The notes under the pieces are model-generated. The model did no database searches and was not told the origin of the DNA. It saw only the letters and a list, made by a program, of their open reading frames with translations. The position numbers and the translations under genes were made by a program. From a virus: a stretch of DNA of 64,000 bases. Positions 28,920 through 38,032 of this stretch are shown here, in pieces. Location of the stretch: IMG/VR virus record IMGVR_UViG_3300031521_000001, one strand, 5' to 3'. How positions within the stretch are numbered: the stretch's first letter is position 1; each line of letters begins with the position of its first letter.

Positions 28920-30113
28920 ATGGCAACAACAAATATTTATAATATAACCAATTATTCTGATGCATTATTAAATTGTGTTATGATTGATGGTTTAACACCA
29001 GATATTATTAAAAGAAAATATATTTGGTTATTGAATGCAATTATTGAAAATGCAATAATAGGTCAAGATGACTATGGATTGGTTTGGTATTCTGGTACTT
29101 GGAAAGCAGGTGAATGGGAAGATGGTACATGGTATTCTGGTATATGGGAAGATGGTGAGTGGAAGAATGGTAAATTTTATTCATATCGTTTTGATACAAA
29201 TCAATTATTACAAAGAAATATTAGAATTATAGAGAAAAATAATCCAATATATTCACAATTTAGAAGAGGTATTTGGAGAAGAGGAGAATTTTTTAATGGT
29301 TATTTTGGTTCTGATATTCTAAAGGAAGATTGGTTTCAAATGTTAAACAGTGAAATTATTTATTATGACACAAGGTGGGAATCAGGAGTTTTTCATAATG
29401 GAGTTTTTCGTAATTCTGTTTGGCTGAGCTATTATGATACAGATAGTATATTTAAAAATGGAATTTTTTATAATAGTGAATGGCTTAATGGTACATTTTT
29501 AAATGGTACATTTCAAGGTTGTGAGTGGTGGGGAGGTAAATTTAATGGTGGTGATTTTATTGGTAATCCAAATGTTGTTCAATCATTGGGTACTTCATCA
29601 TCATCTTCTTGCCATTGGTGGAAAGGAGAATTTAATCAAACAGATCCAAATATACTAAGTAGATTTGGATCTTGGCCTGTGTCAGGAACAACAGAATTGG
29701 ATTTTCCATCTGTTATTTGGCATGATGGAACATTTTATAACGGTGAATTTCATTCAGGATTGAATGTTCAATCAGGATTAACGTCAATATCAGATAATCA
29801 TAATAGAACGATATGGTCTGGTGGCACTTGGAATAATGGTACTTGGTATGGTGGTACTCATTTAAACGGTGATTTTAATAATGGAGCCTGGCTTGAGGGT
29901 ATATGGACAGACGGAGTATTTAATAATGGTGCTTGGTGGAACGGTTTTTGGACAGGTGGAATAATAAATAATGGATTATTTTTTTGTGGTATATTTAATA
30001 ATGTGGTATTTAATAATGGTGAATTAGGTTATCAACCTTCAGATGATATATTAATTAAGCAAAAATCAAATTTGTATTATTTGACATCTTATCCTAATAT
30101 TTATTCAGAATAA
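28920..30113 (+). CDS. G-x-[WF] pentapeptide-repeat (beta-solenoid-like) protein
   Basis: Many xGx[WF]x units (SGTWK, AGEWE, DGTWY, NGTFL and so on). Confidence 0.7.
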   Translation: MATTNIYNITNYSDALLNCVMIDGLTPDIIKRKYIWLLNAIIENAIIGQDDYGLVWYSGTWKAGEWEDGTWYSGIWEDGEWKNGKFYSYRFDTNQLLQRNIRIIEKNNPIYSQFRRGIWRRGEFFNGYFGSDILKEDWFQMLNSEIIYYDTRWESGVFHNGVFRNSVWLSYYDTDSIFKNGIFYNSEWLNGTFLNGTFQGCEWWGGKFNGGDFIGNPNVVQSLGTSSSSSCHWWKGEFNQTDPNILSRFGSWPVSGTTELDFPSVIWHDGTFYNGEFHSGLNVQSGLTSISDNHNRTIWSGGTWNNGTWYGGTHLNGDFNNGAWLEGIWTDGVFNNGAWWNGFWTGGIINNGLFFCGIFNNVVFNNGELGYQPSDDILIKQKSNLYYLTSYPNIYSE

Positions 30114-30120
30114 AAAATTT

Positions 30121-30432
30121 ATGTCTAACTATCAATTATATGATTTCATTAAGGATGTTGATTTTCATATAAAAAATAAAAGTCCTATAGAATTATCGTT
30201 GAAAAGTGAAGCTTTTATTACTTATTTATTTCAATTGAAAATTTTTCAAATGAAAAATAAGATAAAAAAAGATCATCCACTTTTTAAAGAGAAATATTTT
30301 TTGCTGGTTATGTATAGTACATTATATATTTCTAAAAAAAATGAGAATGAAGAATTTAAGTTTAATAATGTAGAAGTTATTGGCGGTATAAAAATGCTAA
30401 GAAAAAAGAAATTGAAAAAAATATTCAATTAA
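30121..30432 (+). CDS. hypothetical protein with RKxKL tail
   Basis: Ends LRKKKLKKIFN. Confidence 0.6.
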   Translation: MSNYQLYDFIKDVDFHIKNKSPIELSLKSEAFITYLFQLKIFQMKNKIKKDHPLFKEKYFLLVMYSTLYISKKNENEEFKFNNVEVIGGIKMLRKKKLKKIFN

Positions 30433-30457
30433 TTTTTGATATTTGAAAATAATGTAT

Positions 30458-30465
30458 TATCTTTG
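30458..30465 (+). promoter_or_regulatory. Bacteroidota-type -7 element (TATCTTTG) with upstream TTTG
   Basis: 40 nt upstream of the ATG at 30505. Confidence 0.6.
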
Positions 30466-30504
30466 TGAAGTAAATAGATATATACAATTATTAAAATATA
30501 ATAT

Positions 30505-30918
30505 ATGATTAATTGTAATGCTTTTCTGAGTGATGAGTCTTTGATATTAGGTTCAAAAATTTTATTTGAACATAAATCTGAATTTGAGTATTGTTTATTA
30601 AATACTAATTATATTCTGTCTGTTAAAATGATGAGAGATTATTCTAAATTAGGATTAAGAGAAAGTAAAGAATTGATAGATTTATATAAAGCTGGTAAAT
30701 TAATTCCAGACCCAGATATAAAAAAAGAAAGAGTTGATAAACTTAAAAGATTGAAAAAGATTCCATTCGTTAATGAACTAACAGATAAAATAACTTCATT
30801 AAATTCATATAATTTGAATAATATTCTTAATAATTTGTCTTTTAAAGAATTAATTATAATTGATGAAATTATTGAAAAAGAAATATCAAAAACATTTGAA
30901 AAAATAATAACAATTTAA
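30505..30918 (+). CDS. protein with a ribosomal L7/L12 C-terminal-like motif
   Basis: LSVKMMRDYSKLGLRESKELID resembles the L7/L12 CTD signature (VK.vR..tgLGLkEAK.lv). Confidence 0.55.
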   Translation: MINCNAFLSDESLILGSKILFEHKSEFEYCLLNTNYILSVKMMRDYSKLGLRESKELIDLYKAGKLIPDPDIKKERVDKLKRLKKIPFVNELTDKITSLNSYNLNNILNNLSFKELIIIDEIIEKEISKTFEKIITI

Positions 30919-30933
30919 AAATTTTTAAAAATT

Positions 30934-31380
30934 ATGAAAACAAAGATTAATGTGAATGACGTTAGAACTCTTATTTTTTGGGTACAAACATTTTTATTGT
31001 TTGAACATAGGAAATTTAATCATCAGCAGTTGCTTGAAAAATCTGATTATGTTACTAATGATTTTGTTGATGTTGAATATCTTCATATTGATGAACTAAT
31101 GATTGATGCTTATGATGTATATAATAAAATGAAAAAAGTCAGTGAACACGCTGATATGATAGATATGTTTAACGTAGCTAATCTAAATAAGGATGATGTT
31201 ATTCGTGAAACTGAAAAATATTTTAATATATTTCAAGATTTTATTGAAAACTATAAATATGATGTTCCTGAAATACGTGGTATACAACAAGGTATTCTCA
31301 ATGAAAAAATGTTGAATTGCGTGAAAGTAGAAGATTATGAAAACGCCGCAAAATATAGAGATATTATTAAGGCGTCATAA
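30934..31380 (+). CDS. UVR (UvrB/UvrC) motif protein
   Basis: C-terminal CVKVEDYENAAKYRDII. Confidence 0.7.
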   Translation: MKTKINVNDVRTLIFWVQTFLLFEHRKFNHQQLLEKSDYVTNDFVDVEYLHIDELMIDAYDVYNKMKKVSEHADMIDMFNVANLNKDDVIRETEKYFNIFQDFIENYKYDVPEIRGIQQGILNEKMLNCVKVEDYENAAKYRDIIKAS

Positions 31381-31394
31381 AAATTTGACTATTT

Positions 31395-31883
31395 ATGCTT
31401 AAAGATAAATTTTTATATAGAAAATGTAGAAATACAAGTATAGATAAACAATACACAAAAACAAGACGTAATAATAATATTGATTTGTTTTCAGATTTGC
31501 CTACTCATCAATCAATAAATTGCATATATTACAATAGATATCACAATTATAATTTTAAACCTTTAGAAGAATTTATAAATTCTAAAATAGGTGAAGATTG
31601 GAATGATATTTATTCTGAAATAATAACAAAAATCAAACCTAAATATCGATATTTACTTAAATTTGATCTTAATTATATAATATGTAAACCAATGTATTAT
31701 GATGATTATATACCTTATGATAATCGTTCATATCGTAGACATTCAATATGCTGTGATAGATTATATGTTGATTTGAATAATATTATTTGTTATAAATCAA
31801 AAGATGAAATATTATCTGATTCTAAAAGAATTGTACGTAAACTTAAATTACAAGAAATATTTGATAATGAAAAAGAAAATTAA
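31395..31883 (+). CDS. hypothetical protein with RKxKL tail
   Basis: Ends VRKLKLQEIFDNEKEN. Confidence 0.65.
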   Translation: MLKDKFLYRKCRNTSIDKQYTKTRRNNNIDLFSDLPTHQSINCIYYNRYHNYNFKPLEEFINSKIGEDWNDIYSEIITKIKPKYRYLLKFDLNYIICKPMYYDDYIPYDNRSYRRHSICCDRLYVDLNNIICYKSKDEILSDSKRIVRKLKLQEIFDNEKEN

Positions 31884-31939
31884 CACAATATAAGCCATAT
31901 GACTTATATTGTGTTAATATAAGTCATATGGCTTATATT
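31880..31939. repeat. nested inverted repeats at a convergent junction (probable terminator)
   Basis: Perfect 24-bp IR (31887-31910 / 31916-31939) overlapping a 15-bp-arm IR (31880-31894 / 31903-31917). Confidence 0.85.
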
Positions 31940-31944
31940 AAATA

Positions 31945-32229
31945 TTATTCTTCGTTTGAAAATAACTTATCAAAATTTTCTCTTAATTCGTTTAGTTCCA
32001 AATTTAAAGTATTTATGAAATATTCAAGAATATCTTGAGAGAAAACTTCAGTTGATATATCACCTGTGTTTAGTTCAACATCTCCAACTCTGAAACCATT
32101 GATTGAATTTATTCCTATTATTTTAAATTCATTGCATTTGTTGATTGCCTGTAATTCAAAAATTGTTTTTTCTGTATTATTAATTCTATATAATAAGCCC
32201 GCTGCTACTTCAAAATCATTTCTTTTCAT
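31945..32229 (-). CDS. hypothetical protein
   Basis: 94 aa ORF downstream of dnaJ. Confidence 0.6.
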   Translation of the reverse strand: MKRNDFEVAAGLLYRINNTEKTIFELQAINKCNEFKIIGINSINGFRVGDVELNTGDISTEVFSQDILEYFINTLNLELNELRENFDKLFSNEE

Positions 32230-32248
32230 ATTATGTAATTGTTTTTAT

Positions 32249-33241
32249 TTATATATTTAATTTATCATAGTCTATGATTATATTTATTTTTAAATATAAA
32301 TCTGCACGTTTACCATCCTGCTTCAATAAACCTTTTTCTTTTATTTTTATTGTGTCGTTATTTTTAGTTTTATTTGGTAATTTTATTTCTAATTTTGAAT
32401 CATCAACGTGTGTATAATTTATTTTGTTTCCATCAATAGCATCTTGAAAGTGTATGTCTAATGTTGATATCAAATCATAATTATTTATAATGTTACATTT
32501 ACTGTTATTTATACTGTTTATATTTAAAATTAGGCTACCTACTTTATCTTTGTAGTATTTTGATTGACTACCATAACCATATTGAACATTTCTGTTTGAT
32601 CCCCTAATTTCTGAAATATTTTGTAAAAGTAGTTCTGTTTCTTTTATGATTACTTTTTCTCCATTACATTTTTTACATTTTCCGCTGTGTATTTTTCCAG
32701 TTCCTTGACAATATTCACAATCTCTGTTGTTATTTATTCCTGTACCATCACATACAACACAATCATATGATTCTCCAGATTTATCAAATCCTGTGCCATC
32801 GCATTCATCACAATTTATAAATTTCTTATATTTTATTGTAATTTTATCATTTTTGTATATTTGCTTAAAATCTATATTGACATTTATACTGATATCTAAT
32901 TGCTCAGTGAATTCTTCTGATCTAAAAAAATTACCAAATGGACTATTTTCACCAAAGAAATGAGAGAATATGTCTTGCCCACCACCAAAAAAACTTGAAT
33001 TGAATGATGAATATGATTTACCATTAGGACTTCTTGTGTCATATTCTTGCTTTTTTGTATCGTCAGATAATACTTCATATGCTTCTGATATGATTTTGAA
33101 TTTTTCCTCACTATTTTTGTCACCTTGATTTTTATCTGGATGGTGTTTTAATGCTAATTTTCGATATTTCTTTTTGATTTCTTCATCAGATGAATCTTTA
33201 TTTAATCCTAGATCTTTATAATAATCCTTATTATAGTCCAT
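32249..33241 (-). CDS. dnaJ: DnaJ-like co-chaperone
   Basis: J-domain with HPD, G/F-rich region, four CxxCxGxG-type motifs, C-terminal domain. Confidence 0.92.
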   Translation of the reverse strand: MDYNKDYYKDLGLNKDSSDEEIKKKYRKLALKHHPDKNQGDKNSEEKFKIISEAYEVLSDDTKKQEYDTRSPNGKSYSSFNSSFFGGGQDIFSHFFGENSPFGNFFRSEEFTEQLDISINVNIDFKQIYKNDKITIKYKKFINCDECDGTGFDKSGESYDCVVCDGTGINNNRDCEYCQGTGKIHSGKCKKCNGEKVIIKETELLLQNISEIRGSNRNVQYGYGSQSKYYKDKVGSLILNINSINNSKCNIINNYDLISTLDIHFQDAIDGNKINYTHVDDSKLEIKLPNKTKNNDTIKIKEKGLLKQDGKRADLYLKINIIIDYDKLNI

Positions 33242-33267
33242 TATATTATATTTTTATTTTATAATAT

Positions 33268-33293
33268 TATATGAATTTTTATTATAATTGTTT
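33268..33293 (-). promoter_or_regulatory. candidate phage promoter AAAC-N16-CATATA
   Basis: Upstream of dnaJ with conserved spacing. Confidence 0.55.
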
Positions 33294-33310
33294 AGAAAAA
33301 ATGTTATTGT

Positions 33311-33859
33311 TTAATTATTTTTACTTTTATATATTTTACAATGTGTTCTATTGATAATTATTCCATCAATAAATTCAAAATAATCTTCTGTGATGATTGG
33401 GTATTTACTTGGTGATATTAAAATGAAATATTTACAGTTTAATGATAAATTATACATCAACTGATTAAAATATGAGTTGGTGCATAGATGAAGTGCATAC
33501 GAACAGATAATTGTTTGTTTGTGTAAATTTAATCCATGTATTGCTATATCCTCGAATGAAAGTTTTAAACATTCATTTCCTGTTTTTTTTGTATAAATAT
33601 TATTAAAATATGGATCTGTGCCAATTGCATCAATTATTCCATTTTTAGATAAATATTTGGTTATTTCTCCATTGCCACATGACAAATCAATAAAGTTTGT
33701 TATATTAATTTTTTTTAAACACCAATTCAATACTAATTTGATATTATCTTCATGCGGATTAATATATGTTTCTTTATTATCAGTATAATATTTTTTAATA
33801 CCAATTTTTGTGTATTCATCTCTAATTCCATGTTCATGTATAGATTTGATGTGTTTCAT
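33311..33859 (-). CDS. class I SAM-dependent methyltransferase-like protein with leader
   Basis: IDLSCGNGE motif I, GTDPY, ICSYALHL; begins MKHIKSIHE. Confidence 0.7.
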   Translation of the reverse strand: MKHIKSIHEHGIRDEYTKIGIKKYYTDNKETYINPHEDNIKLVLNWCLKKINITNFIDLSCGNGEITKYLSKNGIIDAIGTDPYFNNIYTKKTGNECLKLSFEDIAIHGLNLHKQTIICSYALHLCTNSYFNQLMYNLSLNCKYFILISPSKYPIITEDYFEFIDGIIINRTHCKIYKSKNN

Positions 33860-33955
33860 TAAAATTAATTATTTTTATTATATATAAAATTAATTATTTT
33901 TATTTTATTTAGTTTATGATAATTAGTTTTTAATATATACTTAAAAATAACTTAT

Positions 33956-34843
33956 ATGATAGATAAAAAAATATGGACTATTGAAAAATGCACTGAAGAA
34001 GCATTAAAATATAAAACTAAAAAAGAATTTAGGATAAAATGTAAACAAGTATATGGAATCTCAATTAGAAATAATTGGATATTTGATGTTTGTGCTCATA
34101 TGAGAAAAAATAAATCATATATCTGGACAAAAGATTTTTGTCAAAAAGAATCTTTGAAGTTTAATAGTAGAAATGAATTTAGGAAAAATTCAAGTTATAT
34201 TTATGGTAAATCATTAATATATGGATGGATAGATGAAATATGCTCACATATGAAGTGTATGGGTGATTTATATAAAAGATGTATTTATGTTTATGAATTT
34301 TCTGATAACTATGCATATATTGGATTGACTTGTGATTTAGATAGACGATTTAATGAACATTTAAGAAAAGGCTCAGTTTATGAACATATACAAAAAAATA
34401 ATAATTATAAATTTAAAAAATTAAGTGAATATATTGATGTTTATTTATCAAAAATATTAGAAGAGGATTATGTTAATAAATATAAAAATAATGATTGGAA
34501 AATTTTAAATAAGTGTAAAACAGGAGGAACAGGTGGTAAAAAATATTGGACAAAAGAATTATGTCAAATAGAAGCAAATAAATTTAATACAAAAGTTGAA
34601 TTTAAAAAACAATCAGCATCAGCATATACAATTTCATTAAAAAATAAATGGTTAAAAGAAATATGTTTGCATATGACACCATTAGTAAAACCAAATGGTT
34701 ATTGGACAAAAGAATTATGTCAAATAGAAGCATTAAAATATAAGACTAGATCTGAATTTTATATGAAATCTATTAGTGCGTATTCTAAATCATATAAAAG
34801 TGGTTGGTTAAACGAGATTTGTTTTCATATGAATAAAAAATAA
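33956..34843 (+). CDS. GIY-YIG-type homing endonuclease-like protein (paralog of 9923)
   Basis: CIYVYEFSDNYAYIGLT..RRFNEH plus WTxExC...ICxHM repeats. Confidence 0.75.
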   Translation: MIDKKIWTIEKCTEEALKYKTKKEFRIKCKQVYGISIRNNWIFDVCAHMRKNKSYIWTKDFCQKESLKFNSRNEFRKNSSYIYGKSLIYGWIDEICSHMKCMGDLYKRCIYVYEFSDNYAYIGLTCDLDRRFNEHLRKGSVYEHIQKNNNYKFKKLSEYIDVYLSKILEEDYVNKYKNNDWKILNKCKTGGTGGKKYWTKELCQIEANKFNTKVEFKKQSASAYTISLKNKWLKEICLHMTPLVKPNGYWTKELCQIEALKYKTRSEFYMKSISAYSKSYKSGWLNEICFHMNKK

Positions 34844-34949
34844 AAATTGATATTAATTTACGGTGATATAAAAACTTGATGCGTATTTTATCACTTTAAT
34901 AATTTTTAACACCATATTTCTGATATTTTGATCTTATGCTATCCATATT

Positions 34950-35246
34950 TTATAAGTTAAATTTTTTTGTTTTTTTAATTAAAGCATAACCATTTTCATG
35001 ATAATCTTGTTCAAAGTCTTGAGTTAATTCCAAAAAATCATTAAAATTTTCTAAATAATCTATTTGTTTATCTGTCAAATCTTCTGATCCGTATTCATCC
35101 GCTGAAAAATGAGATAAGCCTTCAGCGTCTGTCCATAATTTATACAATTCAGATAGACTATCAAACATTGAGTTATCATATCCTAATGATTTATTGTATG
35201 ATATTTCATCTGATTCATTTAGTTGGTTAAATTTATTTATTTTCAT
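34950..35246 (-). CDS. KFN[IL]-tagged acidic protein
   Basis: MKINKFNQLNE leader; ends TKKFNL. Confidence 0.7.
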   Translation of the reverse strand: MKINKFNQLNESDEISYNKSLGYDNSMFDSLSELYKLWTDAEGLSHFSADEYGSEDLTDKQIDYLENFNDFLELTQDFEQDYHENGYALIKKTKKFNL

Positions 35247-35625
35247 CTTTTTCGTACATTTGAATTTTTTTGATATTGTTTTCTTCTATGTCTTGTAAAT
35301 TTACTTCATAACTTGGTTCTTCTTCGTCATCATAATTGTCGTAATATCTTGCTGTGAAATTATCTATTATCTCATTTTCTTCCTTCATGAAACCATCAAA
35401 TGATTCTACTTTTCTTAGTTTATTTTTCTTGTTTTTCTTATGTCTTTTCATATTTATAGCAGGTTTAGAATATGTGGCAAGAGTTTGACTAATATCACCA
35501 GAGCCAGTGGTACCTTGAGTTCCAGGAATACTTCCTGGTTGAGCAGCTACAATAGCGCCCATACCTCCTGTGTTACCGAGAGTGGCACACGCATCTTCTT
35601 TCATAAATTCTTCAAATTTTTTCAT
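35233..35625 (-). CDS. leader-bearing low-complexity protein
   Basis: MKKFEEFMKE start, Gly-rich segment, second internal ESFDGFMKE motif. Confidence 0.7.
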   Translation of the reverse strand: MKKFEEFMKEDACATLGNTGGMGAIVAAQPGSIPGTQGTTGSGDISQTLATYSKPAINMKRHKKNKKNKLRKVESFDGFMKEENEIIDNFTARYYDNYDDEEEPSYEVNLQDIEENNIKKIQMYEKDENK

Positions 35626-35627
35626 AT

Positions 35628-36260
35628 TTATATATTGTATTTTTTTGTTGATATTTTAATTTCACATTCTTCTTTTGAACCTATAAATTCAATTTTGTTA
35701 TGTCTTTTTATTATAGGTAAATATATATTTTCTTCATCATTTAAAAAATTGCAAGATTTAAATTGCTCTTTCAAATTGTCTGGTATATTTTCATATTTTA
35801 TCAAATAAGAAATTCCAACTGCTGATTTTCTTGATAAAACTATTTCTCCGGTATTATTCTGAACAAATGTATCTAATTCTTTTCTTATTCCTTTGGTTGA
35901 AGCGAATGAATACTCTTCAGAATCTTTCATTATAATATATTTTCCAATATTTTTATCATTGTTTACTATTCCCCAATTCCAACCAGAATCATCTATTTTT
36001 TCTGATATGAATCCTTCATTTCTGAATTTCTTGAACATTCTAAGTCTTCTTCTTTTCTCTTTTAATTCTTTTTTTGAATGCTTCATACTTTTATATGTGG
36101 TGAATGATGGTTCTCCAACAGCAGTGAATACAATGCCACTGGCTCCATTATTACCACCAGATTGCATATATCCTCTACCAAACGGAATCGAACCTACTCC
36201 TGCCTTTCCAGATGCATTACCTGATGATATTCCTTCTTCATATGTTTTTAAGTATTTCAT
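35628..36260 (-). CDS. K[FY]N[IL]-tagged protein with Gly-rich N-terminal part
   Basis: MKYLKTYE leader; ends TKKYNI. Confidence 0.75.
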   Translation of the reverse strand: MKYLKTYEEGISSGNASGKAGVGSIPFGRGYMQSGGNNGASGIVFTAVGEPSFTTYKSMKHSKKELKEKRRRLRMFKKFRNEGFISEKIDDSGWNWGIVNNDKNIGKYIIMKDSEEYSFASTKGIRKELDTFVQNNTGEIVLSRKSAVGISYLIKYENIPDNLKEQFKSCNFLNDEENIYLPIIKRHNKIEFIGSKEECEIKISTKKYNI

Positions 36261-36625
36261 AAGTTGAATTTTTGTGTCTTTTTAATTAGATTCCATTTTT
36301 TAATATCATCTTCGGTTATTTCAACTTTTCCCATATATTTGTTACCGTTTTCTATTGCAGTATCTTTTATGAAATCAGTAACATGACTCCATGTTACTGA
36401 TGTGCCTAAGTATGATAAATTTGTTTTAATAATATAAATATAAACTAATCCACTATTTTTTATGTAGGAGTTATTCATTCCATATATTTTTTCCTTTAAC
36501 TCTTCATCAAAACCAAGTTTATTTAATGAGATTTCAAAATATGGTTCATCTGTATTTATTTCCCAAAATTTACCTTCTGCATTAACATGTTCATCTATGT
36601 TCTCATATTTCTTAATATATTTCAT
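36257..36625 (-). CDS. KFN[IL]-tagged protein
   Basis: MKYIKKYE leader; ends TQKFNL. Confidence 0.78.
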   Translation of the reverse strand: MKYIKKYENIDEHVNAEGKFWEINTDEPYFEISLNKLGFDEELKEKIYGMNNSYIKNSGLVYIYIIKTNLSYLGTSVTWSHVTDFIKDTAIENGNKYMGKVEITEDDIKKWNLIKKTQKFNL

Positions 36626-36945
36626 ATGTTGAATTTTTTTGATGATATTTCATAATCTGGAACCAATTCTAATTCATCTTCATATATCCATTGTCTTGAA
36701 AATGTGTCTATTGTTATGAAGCAAGTATATTTTTTAGTTTCAATACAATAATATTCTATTTTGTAGATATATTCATTGTTATTTGTATTTATTTTAACAT
36801 GATCTCCAATTTTAAATTTAGTATCTTTTGGTAATTTTTCATTATCACTAATCAAAAATGGTGAATCTTTTGATATTCCATGATTTTTTAATTCATCTAT
36901 TGATATTTTATTTATTTTTTCTTCAAATGATTTGATGTGTTTCAT
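36622..36945 (-). CDS. KFN[IL]-tagged protein with KOW/SH3-like core
   Basis: MKHIKSFE leader, FKIGDHV; ends SKKFNI. Confidence 0.78.
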   Translation of the reverse strand: MKHIKSFEEKINKISIDELKNHGISKDSPFLISDNEKLPKDTKFKIGDHVKINTNNNEYIYKIEYYCIETKKYTCFITIDTFSRQWIYEDELELVPDYEISSKKFNI

Positions 36946-37028
36946 ATGACTATTATATATTAATTTTTAATTATACTATTTTCTATGATGTGTTTTTTAT
37001 ATATACTTTAAAATAATAATAATTATAA

Positions 37029-37583
37029 ATGAAAAAACTTTTTGAAGAATATGTAGAATCTGCTGATTATAAAATAACAGTGTTTTTTAAAGAATTGAAA
37101 TCTCAAATTGAAAGATGGTTTAATGAAGGTTCATTAGCTGCTCAAGGTTGCTCATTAGATGGACAAATAGATATTTCAAATTCTAATCCAATGGAAAAAT
37201 TTTTAATTTTTAATTTTTCTGAACCTATTGAAGAAACTAAAGATAAAGATTCTGAAGAAGAGGATTCGTTTTTTAGATATAGAGTTATATTTATGGTTAG
37301 ACTTGATGAGATGAAAGGTTCTGATAATTCTCAATCACAAGAACAAGGAGCTGCTCCTGTTGAAACTCCAGCTGAAGGTAAAGCATTAGAAATAAATAAA
37401 ATATTGCTTAAAATTCACCAATTCAATGATGAAATGGAAGAAAAGGGTGAATTGGTAGAAGAAGTTGATGTTGAAGATATAAAAGAAGATTTTATTATTG
37501 ATAAATTAGGTCAATTGAAAGACAAATCAGATGATAAGGGAACAGATCAAAATGATTTAAAAGATAATGTTTATACACAATGA
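37029..37583 (+). CDS. acidic hypothetical protein with leader-like start
   Basis: Begins MKKLFEEYVE; 184 aa. Confidence 0.7.
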   Translation: MKKLFEEYVESADYKITVFFKELKSQIERWFNEGSLAAQGCSLDGQIDISNSNPMEKFLIFNFSEPIEETKDKDSEEEDSFFRYRVIFMVRLDEMKGSDNSQSQEQGAAPVETPAEGKALEINKILLKIHQFNDEMEEKGELVEEVDVEDIKEDFIIDKLGQLKDKSDDKGTDQNDLKDNVYTQ

Positions 37584-38032
37584 CAATAGTATCAAACACA
37601 CAAATGTTGAATATATTTAGAAAGATTCCAATATTTAAAATGGATTTGGGTGTTAATTTTATTGATTTGAAGCAAGAAACTGTTAGAATTAAAGATCCAT
37701 TCATGAATAAATATTTGGAAATGACAGGTACACAAGTTATGACATATGGTTCAATAGGAAAATTAATATTTTATCAAGATTTTACTTTATCATCAAAAGA
37801 ATTTTATATATTTAATGATGATACTATTTATTCTATGATATATACTGATGATGATTCTAGAATGAGTCCAGAAAATTATTTAGCTTCTATAGTAAAAGAG
37901 ATTAATGAAAAAGAAGGTATTAAAGATAATTCTGATAAAACTATTAAAAAAATAGATCCAAATATTAAATTACCTACAGATCAATATATTGAAGAAATGA
38001 TTAAGAAAAGAAAATTAAACGGAAATGGGTAA
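37580..38032 (+). CDS. hypothetical protein
   Basis: 150 aa with ATGA overlap. Confidence 0.65.
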   Translation: MTIVSNTQMLNIFRKIPIFKMDLGVNFIDLKQETVRIKDPFMNKYLEMTGTQVMTYGSIGKLIFYQDFTLSSKEFYIFNDDTIYSMIYTDDDSRMSPENYLASIVKEINEKEGIKDNSDKTIKKIDPNIKLPTDQYIEEMIKKRKLNGNG

